In this document: one piece after another, positions 1 to 13,812 of the stretch
How positions within the stretch are numbered: position 1 is the first letter of the stretch
Layout: each line of letters begins with the position of its first letter
Source of the DNA: Patellaria atrata CBS 101060
Taxonomy: Eukaryota
Length of the DNA: 64,000 nt
Direction: 5' to 3'
Assembly (NCBI GenBank): GCA_010093705.1
Contig: MU006090.1
Span: forward strand, 1,976,022 to 2,040,021
Made by a program: the position numbers and the translations under genes
Notes under the pieces: generated by a model
The model's input: only the letters and a program-made list of their open reading frames with translations
Databases searched by the model: none
What the model was told of the DNA's origin: nothing

Positions 1-95
1 TTAAGGTATTATTAAGGTATTTATCGATATCGATCCGATACAATACTAATCCGTATTCGATAGTATCTAATACTAAAGTATTATTGGCCACACTG
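1..95. mobile_element. Probable terminus (terminal inverted repeat plus sub-terminal repeats) of a hAT-like DNA transposon or MITE extending beyond the left edge
   Basis: AT-rich stretch full of GTATT/AATAC repeats. It ends in TATTGGCCACACTG (reverse complement CAGTGTGGCCAATA), resembling the CAGTG... termini of fungal hAT elements. Base composition changes abruptly after position 95. The partner terminus is not in the window. Confidence 0.45.
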
Positions 96-263
96 GCGAT
101 TCGGAACCTTTTGCGCACGGGCCATGCGAGTTTTGGTGTTCCAGGCGGTGTGAACGTCTACCGCCTTCTTCCACCATCATTCTTCTGTTTCTATTTGCTG
201 AGCGTACTGCCATTCGCGAAGAATCCCATTTACTAATTCCCTTTCTCTCTCTCTCCTCTTAAA

Positions 264-2862
264 ATGGGCCGCAAACCCAACCAATTTATTCTCGAGTATT
301 TTGAGCGTGGCCCAAAGCTCGAGGATAACAGCAATCGCTACCAGCACACCTGCAAAAATTGTGCGGAAAAGGTATGTTGGAGTCATGCAACACCAGACGA
401 ATACCTGCCCCTCTGCATGAGCTTTACTGAACCCTTACTAATATCTCTAATCAGTTTCCCAAAGGCCGAATAGACAGTCTGATCAATCATTTGGTCAAGA
501 ATTGCCCCGCCTTACCTGTGCGAGATCGTCAGCGCGCGATTCTCCAATTCCATCATCTCCCCGACCTTCCTGCAGACCCAACCACTCCTCCAAACATGAC
601 AGCTGTCACTCAAGCGAATTTCCAAAATATGCCAAACAGTCACAATCTACCGTTCACACCTAAGCAAGGCATGTCCGCGTTGGAGACTCTGGCAGAAGTT
701 TCCCGTCAACAGCTTGACCTTTCGGGGAAGCGCACACGAAAGTCGGGTAAACGACAGGCTTCTCAAGACACTTCGACCCAGAATAATGCAATTCTAGAGG
801 AATTTCTCGTTCAAGATGATAGACCATTTGAGGATGGTGTTCGACCAGATTGGGCTGGTAGGAGAATGATTCTGTTCCCCTCAATGGTCTCTACTCACTG
901 ATATGAACAGCATCCAGCTCGACTGAGGCGCTACCAGCTTTTCCAAACTCCCAGTATCAGGCAAACTCGCCACATTCTTCGCCACAGATATCCAATCTGC
1001 CTCTATCCTCGAGTTCCGCACCTACCGCACAGATGCTACATACACCTCTCATGATGGCAGCGACAGCCGCGAATGAACTTCAGCAGTCGATGATGCCGAA
1101 CAGTTCAATTACGATGGAGCATGATGGACTGCCGCCTAACAATATGTCGGATAAATATTTTCATGCAGCGGGAAAGATGGCGTCATGGGGGAATATGCAA
1201 ATCGATCCGATGTTGCAGGGGCCAAATCAAGATCAAGAACAGCGAGGATCGGATCATCAGGAACAGCATAATTCAACGCATACGGACTCTCTTGAAAATA
1301 GAGCAGCGTCTTTTCCACGACCGATCGCAATCAACCCTAATTCCCCTCAGACTCAGTTTATCAATGACTTTAGCTTAAACCAGAAACCGAAAGCTAAGGT
1401 AAGAGGACGCTTTACGGACACCCGACGAAAAGAAGTGCAAGAGGTAAGGAAACGGGGCGCATGCATTAGGTGTCGAATGCTCAAGAAACCTTGCTCTGGG
1501 GACAATCCCTGCCATACATGTCAAAGTGTGGAAAGTGCAAGGCTGTGGAAGCAACCATGCATTCGGACCCGAATAGCTGAGGAATTCAACATGTACTCTT
1601 CTGGACTGCATTCAGTCTTAGCGTTCCACGCCACTACTCATGCAAAGAGTCAAGCACAGTTTCAACCGTCACATGGTCGAATGGAGGCCACACAGTTCCC
1701 TAAGAGTTGTATTTATGCGACTTTTATGTATCTTAAAGGACAAAGAGAATCTACGGATCTTATCGATCCTTCATTGAGCGAGACCGGAGACAGCTCTTTT
1801 AGCCTTGGGATGTTGGATACGGATAAAGATGATGTTGGTGGAAAACTAGAAAACTATATAAAGAGATTAGCTTTTCCCGCATATTTCGAGAGCGAACCTT
1901 CAACACTAATGAAACCTACGCTCATGCAAGCTTATCAAATGAGTTTACTCTACCCTAGTAATGTGAGTTTGCGAGAACTTGGCAACACTGGTCAAAGAGA
2001 ACTTGTGCTAATTATATACGGATAGGAAACACTAGTAGGACGAGTACTCGATCTATGGATAACGACTCAAATCCTCACCGACTCCTCCATCCCCTGGGAT
2101 TTCTTTTATAATTCCTCTGATATCACCACAAGTACCACACCTACCTCGTTACCACCCTTAGAAGAACTCCTCCGCAGCCCAGAACGCACTGTAATCACTC
2201 CCTCTTCCCACCCAGCAACATACAACCTCATCCTCGCCCAACTCCTCGCCGCAACCGAAAAGCGCGCAGCCAGTCTCAGCAAATACGTCATGAACGAGCT
2301 TGAGCGCCGTCTCCTCCAGCGCCAACAGTCCAACCGCTTCGAGATCTTCATCATCGCCATCATCCTGCTTGCCTGTATGGAGCGTATGGCCTGGCTCTAC
2401 CAGAGCTGGGAGCCCTCCGTCTCCGTCTCATCCGACCTCGAGACGGCCTTAACGCAAGACTCGAACCCTGAAGCGGAAGCCTGGCGCGAGGCCCTGGGCG
2501 GTGCAACGGGAATATCTCCTCCGCCGACCGCGCAGCAGCAACAGCAGAATCCGTCTCAGCGCCGTACTTGGCCGCTCGATAAGCGCCCCGCCGAGTACGC
2601 GAATCTGGGCGAGCGCTTCGCGGATATTTTGAACATGCTGCTCAAGATGCGAAACGTACCGCCCAAGATGGCCGAGAGCCATGACGACAGCGGGGTATTG
2701 GTTCTCACCGTCCTAGACGAGACGGACTCGGCGGCCAAAGCGTGGTTTGAAAGCGTGCGCTTGACGAAAGAGGAGGTGAAAGCGAGGTCCGAGAGGAGTT
2801 TTGAGGAGGGTGATTGTCGGTGTCTTGAGGGCCGGTTTGTCGGGAGGGTGTTGGGGGTGTGA
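264..2862 (+). CDS. Zn(II)2Cys6 transcription factor with an N-terminal BED-like zinc finger
   Basis: Exons 264-371, 455-857, 911-1962 and 2026-2862, joined by GT..AG introns with CTRAY-like branch points. N-terminal CKNC...NHLVKNC motif. Central KRGACIRCRMLKKPCSGDNPCHTC Zn2Cys6 cluster. Confidence 0.88.
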
Positions 2863-3626
2863 GTTGCTTTTTTTGGGAGTTGGGGTATCGACTAAAATGG
2901 CGTTTTAGGGGGGGTGGGACCGAGGAACCGAAGATGTTTAGGGCGAAGGAGTGGAAGAATCCGGGTTAGGGTGGGTGGTGGTGGAAATACTTCTGTGCGT
3001 ATATACCCTGTGTTGATTTTTGGAGCGTTGGATGATAGGAGGGGGAGCTTGGGCCGTATTGTATATAATAAAGGATTGGGTTGTTGGTATGTATGGACGG
3101 GAGATATACTGTACTGTACCCCTTCAAGCATGTGAAGTGTCTGTGCGGATGGACCTGCTGTACAGTGCAGACCCTTTACATGGAAAGAGTCTTATATGCT
3201 CGAATAAAGTAATTAGGACCTATCCGACCGGAAAGTAGAAAATCTATTTCCAGAAGCTACTTATGCTTCGGCCCAGTATTAATCCGCAGTCCCAAATGAA
3301 CCCACTGAATAAAGCCGAGTAGGTTGCATTGAGGTTACGAAACTCGATCGTGGTTTTTACCAAGGTACGTGTTTACATAAGAAAGTCTATGGTATCCGCA
3401 TCAGGTCGAGGACTGAGATGCGCGAGTATGGGGGGATGCAGCTTAGTAGAGGAGCAAGAGAAAGGGGATTCTGGAACGTGGCACCTATGGACTTCTCCAT
3501 ATGTAATAAGGGTATCAGTTAAACATCCTTTGGTAGAGGCGGGATACTGACACTACGGAATTGTTCGAGTAGGTTCAAGTATTATTACCCTTTTGCGAAA
3601 TTATAGTACACCGAGATTTCCAGCAG

Positions 3627-4286
3627 NNNNNNNNNNNNNNNNNNNNNNNNNNNNNNNNNNNNNNNNNNNNNNNNNNNNNNNNNNNNNNNNNNNNNNNNNN
3701 NNNNNNNNNNNNNNNNNNNNNNNNNNNNNNNNNNNNNNNNNNNNNNNNNNNNNNNNNNNNNNNNNNNNNNNNNNNNNNNNNNNNNNNNNNNNNNNNNNNN
3801 NNNNNNNNNNNNNNNNNNNNNNNNNNNNNNNNNNNNNNNNNNNNNNNNNNNNNNNNNNNNNNNNNNNNNNNNNNNNNNNNNNNNNNNNNNNNNNNNNNNN
3901 NNNNNNNNNNNNNNNNNNNNNNNNNNNNNNNNNNNNNNNNNNNNNNNNNNNNNNNNNNNNNNNNNNNNNNNNNNNNNNNNNNNNNNNNNNNNNNNNNNNN
4001 NNNNNNNNNNNNNNNNNNNNNNNNNNNNNNNNNNNNNNNNNNNNNNNNNNNNNNNNNNNNNNNNNNNNNNNNNNNNNNNNNNNNNNNNNNNNNNNNNNNN
4101 NNNNNNNNNNNNNNNNNNNNNNNNNNNNNNNNNNNNNNNNNNNNNNNNNNNNNNNNNNNNNNNNNNNNNNNNNNNNNNNNNNNNNNNNNNNNNNNNNNNN
4201 NNNNNNNNNNNNNNNNNNNNNNNNNNNNNNNNNNNNNNNNNNNNNNNNNNNNNNNNNNNNNNNNNNNNNNNNNNNNNNNNNNNNNN
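3627..4286. other. Assembly gap (660 N)
   Basis: Run of N; it truncates the CFEM gene. Confidence 1.
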
Positions 4287-4480
4287 ATCTGAGAACTCGC
4301 AGCCGTCGGCGCTGAGGGTGGTGAGGAAGCAGTTGATCTATGGGATAGTTTTGTTAATATGAGTTGGGTGGAGGATGTTTCTTGGGAATATGGTGGACGT
4401 ACGGCGCATCTTGGCAAGTTGGAGATATCCTGTGCGTAGACGGCAGCGGCGAGAAGGGCAACGGCAGCGAAGGTCTTCAT
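4287..4480 (-). CDS. Secreted/cell-surface CFEM-domain protein, 5' part only (remainder in gap)
   Basis: Exon 1 4480-4403, intron 4402-4338 (GTACGT..TAG), exon 2 from 4337. Spliced product MKTFAAVALLAAAVYAQDISNLPRCAINCFLTTLSADGCEFSD: a signal peptide followed by the PxCAxxC-x-C-xxx-D CFEM pattern. Confidence 0.85.
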
Positions 4481-7400
4481 TTTGATGGAAGTTTTTGTTT
4501 TGAGCAGGTAGAATGGTCGGATCTGTGTGTTTATATAGTTTTGATAGGAAACGACTGGCGTAGTGTTTTGCTGTAAAAGATTTCGAGAAGGAGTTGACAG
4601 GTTTTCAACGAGATAGTTCCTTTAAGAGGTAAACAGGAACTAGGGCTGCGTTTTATGTATCCTGCCGTACCTGAGCATGTGGAGGCAATGAGCTGGGTGG
4701 CTTGGGCCTACTGGAGGCTTCGGCTTCACATGCGTGATTATGGTGATATCCTGTAAGTATTCTTCTGGACTTCGTGTTAGCGGAGGCAAATGTCCGATTC
4801 CACTCGAGCAGTCTCATCCAAACAACGATCAGGCATGTTCTCGACTAAAATCTCCAAAGTTTGAAATTAGAGGCACGCGATCGCAAAAGGGGTTTCCTCA
4901 TCGTGAAATGATGGGATCAAAGCAAAAGCTATAGTTCTGCAGAAAGACGTGAGGAAGCGGCATAACACCTGCAGATTGATTGAAAGCGCAAGGAACCGGT
5001 TGGTTCATGGTGACTTCGCGAAGAGAGAACCCGTTGAATGATTGGTGGACATGGCCGGCTTTGGTACGTTATGGGGAATAAGGTGTCGAAGAGAGTTTGT
5101 CGACTGTCGAGTTGATGTTACGTTCATCTAAAGCGGCGTTTCCTAAAAGATCGGGGATGACCGTTGTCACTTTTGTCATGTCGTCCGGTAAGATCGCCGA
5201 GAATTCTAAATAAGATTCTTTCCCCGGACATTGAAAGATTGTTTATGGTATATGATTGGTTGAATAGCGGTTAACCTTTCCAAGAGCTGGGGTGAGGAAG
5301 TGAGAAGGAAGTGAGAAAGCCTAGTGACCTACTCTATTCGTTTCCTAGCGTGAACAATTCGGTATGCTTGGATTCATTGCTGGATCCCCCGGATTCTTGG
5401 AATAAATGCCTATATAATCAGCTAACCTCTATCTGCAGTACTGCTCCGGTTCTAGAGAGTCGTAAAATTAGGCCAACATTATAGTTAGAAAGATTTGAAA
5501 ACGTTGGACACTACCCTTACTGGTTGTCTTTTTCGAGCGTACTTTCTCAGGTGTACTGCGATGTTTTGAGCAGTCAATAACGAATGGTGTCTCGTGGGAC
5601 TGTAAGCTGTGTAGAGGTTCTACAAAACCTGGCCTAAGGTACTACATCCGTGGCTAGTCTTGGCTGCGGTAATGTGCTTCCGCCACCATTATTCGCTGCA
5701 GTAGTCGCGGGCTCTTGCGGTAGAGAAGATGACAACCGCATACCTATCTCCGCAGTTTTATGATTCCCTATAATCAGGTAACCTCGTTGATCCATATATT
5801 GCTGTCTCTGTACCTGTGTCAACTTTGGTTCGGGAGGTACCGTAAGTATAGTGTAATCCATGCTTTGAGCTTACGGGCCAGTAAAATATTTTCAGAGCCG
5901 TAAATCCAAGTTCAGCCAGGTAAGTAAAGCACTTGTAGATGTGTAGCGCTCTCAATTGATAGGTTTGCATCATCTTTGCTCTCTCCCTCGTTGCTCTGAA
6001 TCTTGAATGGCTGGATGCCGCGAGTAATGTCGGTATACACCTTTAGTCGCTATGGTAGCTTTAGCGACTGGTTCATACCCTCGGCTTCATGTGCAGCGAT
6101 GGTGGCTTCTTAGTTGTTCCCGGAGCTGAATAATGAAATGGTGGTAGCTTTGAATAACCTGACCTCACAATACATTGAATAGTGAAATTTCAAGGGAAAA
6201 AAAGGAGAGCACAAATGGAGGGATGAAATGGTCTCCAAACTGAGAGTAGGAAAACATCGACAAGGGCACAACGTGACAATGGAAAGTCGGTTTGAATACA
6301 AGGTCAGTTTAAGAGCAACCAAGTAGTATAACACTCCGCTGATGCGTAGTATTACGACATATCGTAAGATTTTATTAGCCAATACAGAAATGTCGTATCA
6401 GGAGGGAGGTAATAGCCACAGTTGCTCGAATGGCATTCTCTCTTCTAAGATGTAATCTGTGACCGAACTCGTTTAAAATGCGCTACTATAAGATCGGAAA
6501 TAAGTTCTATTACGCCCGAAATCATGGCCCTGATATATTCGTGAGATGTTGCAAAGTATCATAGACTGTTGCAACTATAGTAACTCTGGGTTAAAATCCT
6601 AAAACATGGTGTATCATGGTCTTATATCTTCTCAAAGACTCGATCTAAAAGTAAAACAATATAAATTCTTTGTGCGATGTTGGCATATTGAAATGCATCT
6701 TTTTGGTGGTGCCAATTTTCGAAGTTGGAAAACTCTAGCAAACACCCAGTGCCAACACTATCCAATTTTCGTCTCAACGAACAAAATCAACAATACCTGA
6801 CAGCGTAACTATCTCTATATTAGATTCAACTAGAATCTGAAACTAGTATATCCATGAACCCACTCGGTACTTCCAAGCCATCAATTGATGCGGTGGTTGG
6901 ATCTACACGCCCAAATTCATAGATTCTGGTCTCTGGCTTCAACCTTCCCAAGACGTTCAACAATTTTATGCGGTTGGCCTAATTGGATTAGTTTGCTGTT
7001 TGCTTTCTTTGCGGTGGGGTAGCGAACAGCGGTGATGGGAGGAAAGGGGAGGAGTTGTAGGGCGGGGCCTAAGTGGTTCTGCCCGGCCGCGGTCAGAATT
7101 CCGTGAAAGGAAACAGCAATAAGCATGGAGGTAATAAGCAATCAAACCGAGAGTAGCTATCAGAATCTGGCGACGGATGGCGTAGTGGGAGCAATTCTCC
7201 CTCGGTACCGGCCTACCAATACGGGCACCGACCCAGATTCGACTCTGCAAAGGACCAGATTACCACATCTTCGGATGTGGGAACTGTTTTTGATATTTAA
7301 GAAAATTTATTTTTTGACTCTTTAGACGGCGTTTTTATTTGACCAGGAGTTTGCGTTGATTTTTTGGTAGTAGTGAGATTATCGGGAGAGGGGGAGCGGG

Positions 7401-8203
7401 AGTGGGAGGGACGAGGAGCAATGAAATAGCGACGTAATTGGTTGTACTGGTTGTACTGCTTCCCCCGAAAAACGGGTACTCTTAAAGTCTAGGGTTAAAC
7501 GATTGCTTCGTCCGTTCAACCAAGCCATATAAACTCTTATAAATAAGTATAAAGACAGTCCTTTATCGTCCTTAATCTATTGCAGAATGTCATTAGACAT
7601 TATAGACGGATTGATTAAGACCAAGCTGGTTCCCGTCGTTCATATCGGCCGAGGTTAGAATCCCCGGGCCCACCGTATTCTGGACGTTTACCTTGGTAAT
7701 TTTACATCAGAAAGAGGCTACGTGACCTAAAGGGATTTAAAGAGCGTCCTGAGCGTGGCGAAGATGAAACTCTTAGACGGTAGAGATGATATATGGTCCA
7801 AGGAGACGCTGGTTCGCTCAAAAGAAGAATATTCTTTTCGGAGGTTTCACTCAGAGTTAAATGAGAGGACTTAAAGAAAATTCTAGAACAGGTCATTGAA
7901 GTAAAGTAATTATCATTGATAACTGAATACCGAAACAGAAGAATACCCATATTAAGCTAAGAGGCTCGAACGACGGTCAGGAAAACACTCTCAGATTCAA
8001 CTAAGGTGATCGGTTTTGAGCATGAATTTCAATACCAGGTCATGCTTTAGCGCGACTGGTAGCAAACGAGGTAGAGAACTACATGAAATCACGCTGAAGG
8101 GTTAGTAGTGGTTATAGTCATGGCGCGAGAAGGTAAAAGTGAAGTTGAGACGGAATTGCGGTTGAGATTAAATTTTGCCAAGTAGATTTACCACAAAATC
8201 GTA

Positions 8204-8211
8204 TCACGTGA
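8204..8211. promoter_or_regulatory. Palindromic TCACGTGA E-box (Cbf1/bHLH-type site) upstream of PRP46
   Basis: Exact TCACGTGA about 125 nt before the ATG at 8334. Confidence 0.35.
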
Positions 8212-8333
8212 CTCTCATCGACGGTAGAATTTCGGCTTTTATTCAATAGCTCTAACTGTAGCTCTGAGATTTAAAAATTCGTATTTCCGTGGTACCATAT
8301 CGAGAGCCATCCTGTTCGATCAACTTCCCTAAT

Positions 8334-9848
8334 ATGACAGATACTATTCAATCAATCGCGCCTGTTTCACCACCGTCTCCAACCTCGCTTGTTCGCAGCT
8401 CCGCTAAGCGCACGCGTGAAGTATTCGCCGCAGACTTCGCGTCTCCATCTAGTCTGAATAATAGCAGAGTGGATGGTTACTCCTTCGCCCCTACCATAGT
8501 ATCGCCCCGCGATCTCGCAGACCGTATCAGTTTGTCAACTCGCATAAGATCAGAATATGAACATGTCCGGGAGCTTCCTCCGGCTTTAGCAGCTAAACAA
8601 GCCAACGCCGCTGCGTCGGCGGCCGCACGACGGAAGAAAACAAAAGCACAGGATGAACAGCCGTCAGACGCAAGGTCGGCGAAGATGATAGAGGGGATAG
8701 CGACGCGATCAGAAGCTAGGAGTTTATCTGCTGTTGGAACTTCGACAGCACTGACGGTGAGAGGGAAAGGGGGAGCAGGAGTACCACCGAACGCCAATGG
8801 ACCTACTTTACAGCGTGACAATCCTTCTTCGAGCTTGATTAGAAGAGATGTATTGAGGCAACCGAGGCCGGAATGGCACGCGCCCTGGAAGTTAATGAGA
8901 GTCATATCTGGACACTTGGGGTGGGTAAGAAGTCTAGCTGTTGAGCCAGGAAACCAGTGGTTTGCATCTGGAGCTGGTGATCGGACTATTAAAATTTGGG
9001 ATCTTGCATCGGGAAACCTCCGGTTGACGTTGACGGGTCATATATCGACCGTGCGAGGACTGGCTGTATCACCGCGACACCCATACCTATTCTCCTGCGG
9101 AGAGGACAAGATGGTGAAGTGTTGGGATCTAGAGACGAACAAAGTTATAAGACATTATCACGGCCATCTCAGCGGAGTCTACACGCTAGATTTGCACCCC
9201 ACATTAGACATTTTGGTCACAGGTGGGAGAGATGGTGTAGCAAGAGTGTGGGATATGCGGACGCGGAGCAACATCCACGTGTTGAGCGGCCATAACCAGA
9301 CTGTGACCGCACTCAAATGTCAGGAGGCAGACCCTCAAGTTATCACCACGTCTCTGGATACGACCGTACGAATGTGGGATCTCGCAGCTGGCAAAACTAT
9401 GGGTGTCCTTACACATCATAAAAAAGGAGTTCGCGCGCTATGTACGCATCCAACCGAGTTTACCTTCGCCACTGGAAGTACTGGCTCCATAAAGCAGTGG
9501 AAGTGTCCAGAGGGAGCTTTCATGCAGAATTTCGAAGGTCACAACTCGATCATCAACGCATTGGCCGTAAACGAAGATAACGTGCTCTTTTCTGGAGGTG
9601 ATAACGGTACAATTAGCTTTTGGGACTGGAAGACAGGTCATCGTTTCCAGACACAAGATAGTATTGCGCAACCAGGTTCATTAGATGCGGAAGCTGGACT
9701 TATGAGCAGTACTTTCGATAAAACGGGTTTGAGGTTGATTTGTGGGGAGGCTGATAAGACCATTAAGGTCTGGAAAATGGACGACGAGGCCACACCCGAG
9801 ACGCATCCACTGGATTGGAAACCGACTCTCGGTAGGCAAAGGTTTTGA
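8334..9848 (+). CDS. PRP46: Pre-mRNA splicing factor Prp46/PLRG1 (WD40 repeats), intronless
   Basis: [22 protein letters not shown] motif, repeated GH...WD units and C-terminal [20 protein letters not shown]. The first true ATG is at 8334. Confidence 0.96.
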   Translation: MTDTIQSIAPVSPPSPTSLVRSSAKRTREVFAADFASPSSLNNSRVDGYSFAPTIVSPRDLADRISLSTRIRSEYEHVRELPPALAAKQANAAASAAARRKKTKAQDEQPSDARSAKMIEGIATRSEARSLSAVGTSTALTVRGKGGAGVPPNANGPTLQRDNPSSSLIRRDVLRQPRPEWHAPWKLMRVISGHLGWVRSLAVEPGNQWFASGAGDRTIKIWDLASGNLRLTLTGHISTVRGLAVSPRHPYLFSCGEDKMVKCWDLETNKVIRHYHGHLSGVYTLDLHPTLDILVTGGRDGVARVWDMRTRSNIHVLSGHNQTVTALKCQEADPQVITTSLDTTVRMWDLAAGKTMGVLTHHKKGVRALCTHPTEFTFATGSTGSIKQWKCPEGAFMQNFEGHNSIINALAVNEDNVLFSGGDNGTISFWDWKTGHRFQTQDSIAQPGSLDAEAGLMSSTFDKTGLRLICGEADKTIKVWKMDDEATPETHPLDWKPTLGRQRF

Positions 9849-10444
9849 TACAGCGTCGTACAGCTATGATGCCGCATAACAGGTAGTTCCAAGTCAAAGC
9901 GCTTCCTATTCCTAGCGTCATGCAGAATTGAAGATTTTTGGAAACATTGAATTCAGGCTCTACGATCTCTGTTGCTTTCTAATATATTATCCGGCGCGGA
10001 AGTGCAAGCCAGTGTCGTTACAAGTGGGTCGCAATGATAAATATACGAACCAGTCGAGAGGATCGCGAACCATGTGTTTTTGTGCGCGTTTTGCGGGACG
10101 CGGTTCTGCGGCGTGAAGCACTGCCTCAATATATATGCAATATCAGAGTCTGTTATAGAGGTGCAGATCCCTTCTATGCTCGATCATAACCTCCAGCCTT
10201 ACAGGAATAGTGCTCGCATTCGCTTTCGAAAACTATCCACAGTTCCACAAGCCAGGCTTTTTTAACTTAGAACATCGAAGGACAAGAGTCTTTAATATTT
10301 GGCCCCCAAAGCCTCATGCAGACGAGTGCACCAATCGCATCGACAGCGGTAGATCCAGCGATCACCAACATCTGCGGCTCGCAGCCAAAATTTATCGTTA
10401 GTGAGTTGTTACTGTAGTGTAATTGTAAGTTCGATATCAACGTT

Positions 10445-12837
10445 TCAAGCAGCGAATCCTAATCCCCTCACTTCTTCATCGTCCCGCAGCGCCAACCTGA
10501 CTTCCTCATCACCGACCCCTAGTCGCACCCTTCCAACCCGTTCACCCCTTCTCGCTTCCATTCCAATTATTCCTGCCTCCATCAATTCCATTGCAGCAAC
10601 TCCCATTGCTTGTACTCGTGCAGCCTTTCCCTCCGCCTTCCCCGCAGCTCTAGCGCCTCTTTTCAAGGCCCCAGAAACACCCTTGACGGTGTCCACGCCG
10701 TCGGTGCTTGCCTGAATCTGGTTGTCCTGGCCGAGGAGATAGTCATGTATGGGAGTTAGTTGGCTCATGAGCCCTAATTGTTTACCTTCGTCGAGTACGT
10801 CGCCCAACAATGCTTCACCTAACCCAGTCCGCCGGATGCGCGCTAGCAAGGCTGCAAGAAAGAGTTTTGATGCCAGAGGCAATGCTCTTAGGTACTGTTG
10901 GAGAGGGCTACTGGTTGCCTCGTTAATGGCCTGTCGGATCGTCGCGATGGTTACAATGCCTTGTTTATCACGTGCGAGATCGCCCTTGGACTTAAGGCCC
11001 GTTTTACTTCCTCTTCCGGTCTTGCTTGGCGTATCAGGTGCCTCCGTGTCACGCTCCTTCGCGAGCGCTTCGGCTTCGGCAATTTCAACGGCTCGCCGAC
11101 AGATATCGAGTGCTCGCCGAGCATCACCAGAGACTGCAGCAACTTTCCTAGATGCGAATTGAATTGCATCGGGGTGTACAATATTACCGGGCACATTTTG
11201 TAGACGTGACTTAATAATCGAGATCAGCTGATCATGTGTATAACCCGGGAAAGTAATACGTGTAAGACCCAGTCGACTGCTAATCTTGTTGCTGAGAGTC
11301 CTTTCTGGTAGATCCATTGTATTAGCAACAGCAAGAACGATCAGTCTACTGTGTCGAAGTCCTGGCCAATTGAAGAAGTTGTACATAACGCTTTGGTTTT
11401 TGGTGACCAATTGGTCCAGTTCGTCCATTAAGACGACGCAAGGTACTCGTCTTGGACTTGGTGTTGAAAATTCTCTTTCGAGTAGCTCTAATGCGTGAGA
11501 AGGACTGACGCGATCCCCTCTTAGCGCTTCCCATAGCAGTGAATAGGATTGATGAGGATCTGTGATTTTCATCCCATTGATCTCGACGAATATAAAATCA
11601 TCCAGCTCTTCGGCTTGAACAGAAGCATTTAACTGCGCAACTACTTCTCTCACCGTAGCTGTCTTGCCTGTTCCCGGGGTACCAGAGATGTAAATGCAAG
11701 AGCCGGATCCCTCTGTGATTGCTGCTTCTAAATGAGAATATACTGTTGCAAATTCCTCCTCTCTGCATGGTAAAGATGCCGGGACGGACGATACATGAAG
11801 TTGACTGCGAGCAACTTGGAACGGGGATGAGAGCGCATTCGGGGAAAGTGTTCTGGTGCCTAGCGGTGTAAACTCCAGAGCTTTCTTTACAACGATCCGT
11901 TTATGGGTTGGAGTAAGGAATTTGTGTGGAGTTGTCACCCCTTTTCTTGACTTTGGCGTCACTGCTTCGCTGGCTTTCCTCCTTTTTTTGGGAGTAGATG
12001 GAATGCCTTCCTGGTCCTCATTTTCTGCTTCAAGAAAATCATCTAGTTCAGCTTTATCGGCTTTTGATCGTTTCCGTGTTGCTTTTGTTTGACCTTGAAC
12101 AAGTTCGATCAGGCTTGGAATATCTTGTTCGCCCTTGTATATGTTTTCCCATACGAATTCATCCGTATAGGTTGCTGTTCGCGTATTACAACCGCGTTTA
12201 CAAATAAATACCTTACCGTGATCTCTAGAATTCCGGGGGATTTTACCGTTTGGGTACCTTGCAGCAAAAGCAGCAGGTGAGAGAACTGTGGCTTTGCCGT
12301 TGATAGTAGTCAGCGGATTGTCGTCCCATGATGGGCTGATGTATAGTTCATTCTTCCTATCATCAGCGGTGAATCTATTGTTACTCAAACATATATTCAA
12401 GGGCTTACCTCTAAGTAGTCAGTCCGTTTTTTCAGCTTATTGCGGACTTCCTTGTGAGTAGAGAACCACATGAATTTTGCAGCTTTCTCATCTTCTTCCT
12501 CATCGTCGAAAAGATCACAGATAATCCCAACCCAAGCTTCTTGGCCTTCAGCTTTCAGCAGCACGGTATCGCCGACCTTACACTCAAAGCTGCCCATACG
12601 GGCTCCGATGATATTTTTTGAGCCAGTAGCTTCTGAAAATCTTCGTTTCCGAGGTGTGACATCCCTGGTTGTAAGTTCTTTCACCGTGCCGTGTGGACTG
12701 CTCTTGTCATCGTTGGTGTAGATCCATTGCCATGGATGATCCACGATGCCTAATTCATCATCAGAGTCTTCACGGAAGACACCTCCAGTTTTCAGGTATC
12801 GTTTAGCCCGCTCTACCTTATCCTTCGATGGTGCCAT
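10445..12837 (-). CDS. ORC1: Origin recognition complex subunit 1 (BAH plus AAA+ domains)
   Basis: Exons 12837-12409 and 12352-10445; intron GTAAGC..AAG, with the AAG acceptor required by frame. Contains a BAH-like region, LPCREEEF, Walker A GTPGTGKT, Walker B LMDELD, ANTMDLPER and SGDARRALDICRRA. Confidence 0.96.
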
Positions 12838-12890
12838 TACCGTTTGCCTATCTTATTGTGAGTGGAAGTTGCAAGTACAGAGCGGTCAAG

Positions 12891-12908
12891 CGCGTTATAT
12901 TTGACGCG
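12891..12908. promoter_or_regulatory. Paired MCB-like (ACGCG) cell-cycle elements in the ORC1 promoter
   Basis: CGCGT at 12891-12895 and ACGCG at 12904-12908, 54-71 nt upstream of the ORC1 ATG. MBF/MCB sites are typical of fungal replication genes. Confidence 0.5.
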
Positions 12909-13812
12909 ACTGGGATCACGAACCGGGGTTCGCCAAGAGGATTCAACGTCACCTCTTCATTACCGCAGCCGCTGCAGCTCGTTCAGCCTCCAGTTAAGTG
13001 GAGGAGGCAGATAATCAATTTGTATCACCCAAATACATTAACTCCAACAGGTTGGTTTCACCGGTCGAGTAACTAATCATTGCCTTGTGAGTTCACTAGA
13101 ACTAAACAAAGAACTCCGACAGAACTAAACGCATTGACGTTTTCCAACAGATTCACCGACCGCTACGCACTTCGGACCCATACATGTCCGCTCTGTCGGG
13201 GTTGATGATGACGCCGCAGGTTATGTCCCTCTCATTGTGATGTATTGTTTGTACTTCATGAAAGTACGGTATGTTTGTGGCCCATGCAGCCCTGCCCTAC
13301 CTATATATAAGGGCGGAGAAAGGACACCCCTGAATTTCAGAATTCATGTTGCGGTATTTTGGGCACTGTCGCTGGAATCACTAGATCACACACGTTCACA
13401 TTATTCGCATCAGTGACGGAACGTTGATGTAAAAGGATTCCATTCAATATGTCGGCTACTGCCAACATGCCAGCTGGAAGGTCCATGCCTCCTGCAACAG
13501 CTCCAATTGATACTGTGCCATACGGTTCTCCAACTACCTAATACCTTACGCGTATGCGTATCCATGCTATCCCTGCTTCCTCAACGAATGACAACAATGG
13601 TAAACTCCTTTCCCTTTCCAAGACGGAGATTAGACGAAGTCCTACATGAATGACCGGAGACCTTTAAACGCCAACAGCCTTTACCGTGCTGTATGCTCGC
13701 TATACGCTCCAAACTACCAGAATACGACAATATTTTACAGTATTTGGGTTGTGGTGAAAGACAACCCCAGGTTTTACACCCTCCGCTATGCTGGCGAAGT
13801 TAAAAACTTTGG

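Noticed and set aside
3575..4480. 301-aa and 240-aa ORFs in the supplied track
   Set aside because: Artefacts of translating through the N gap; only the spliced CFEM 5' part is supported.
8477..12721. Numerous antisense and alternate-frame ORFs over PRP46 and ORC1 (likewise over cwf19, NPA3 and GH3)
   Set aside because: Shadow frames of real coding sequence with no independent features.
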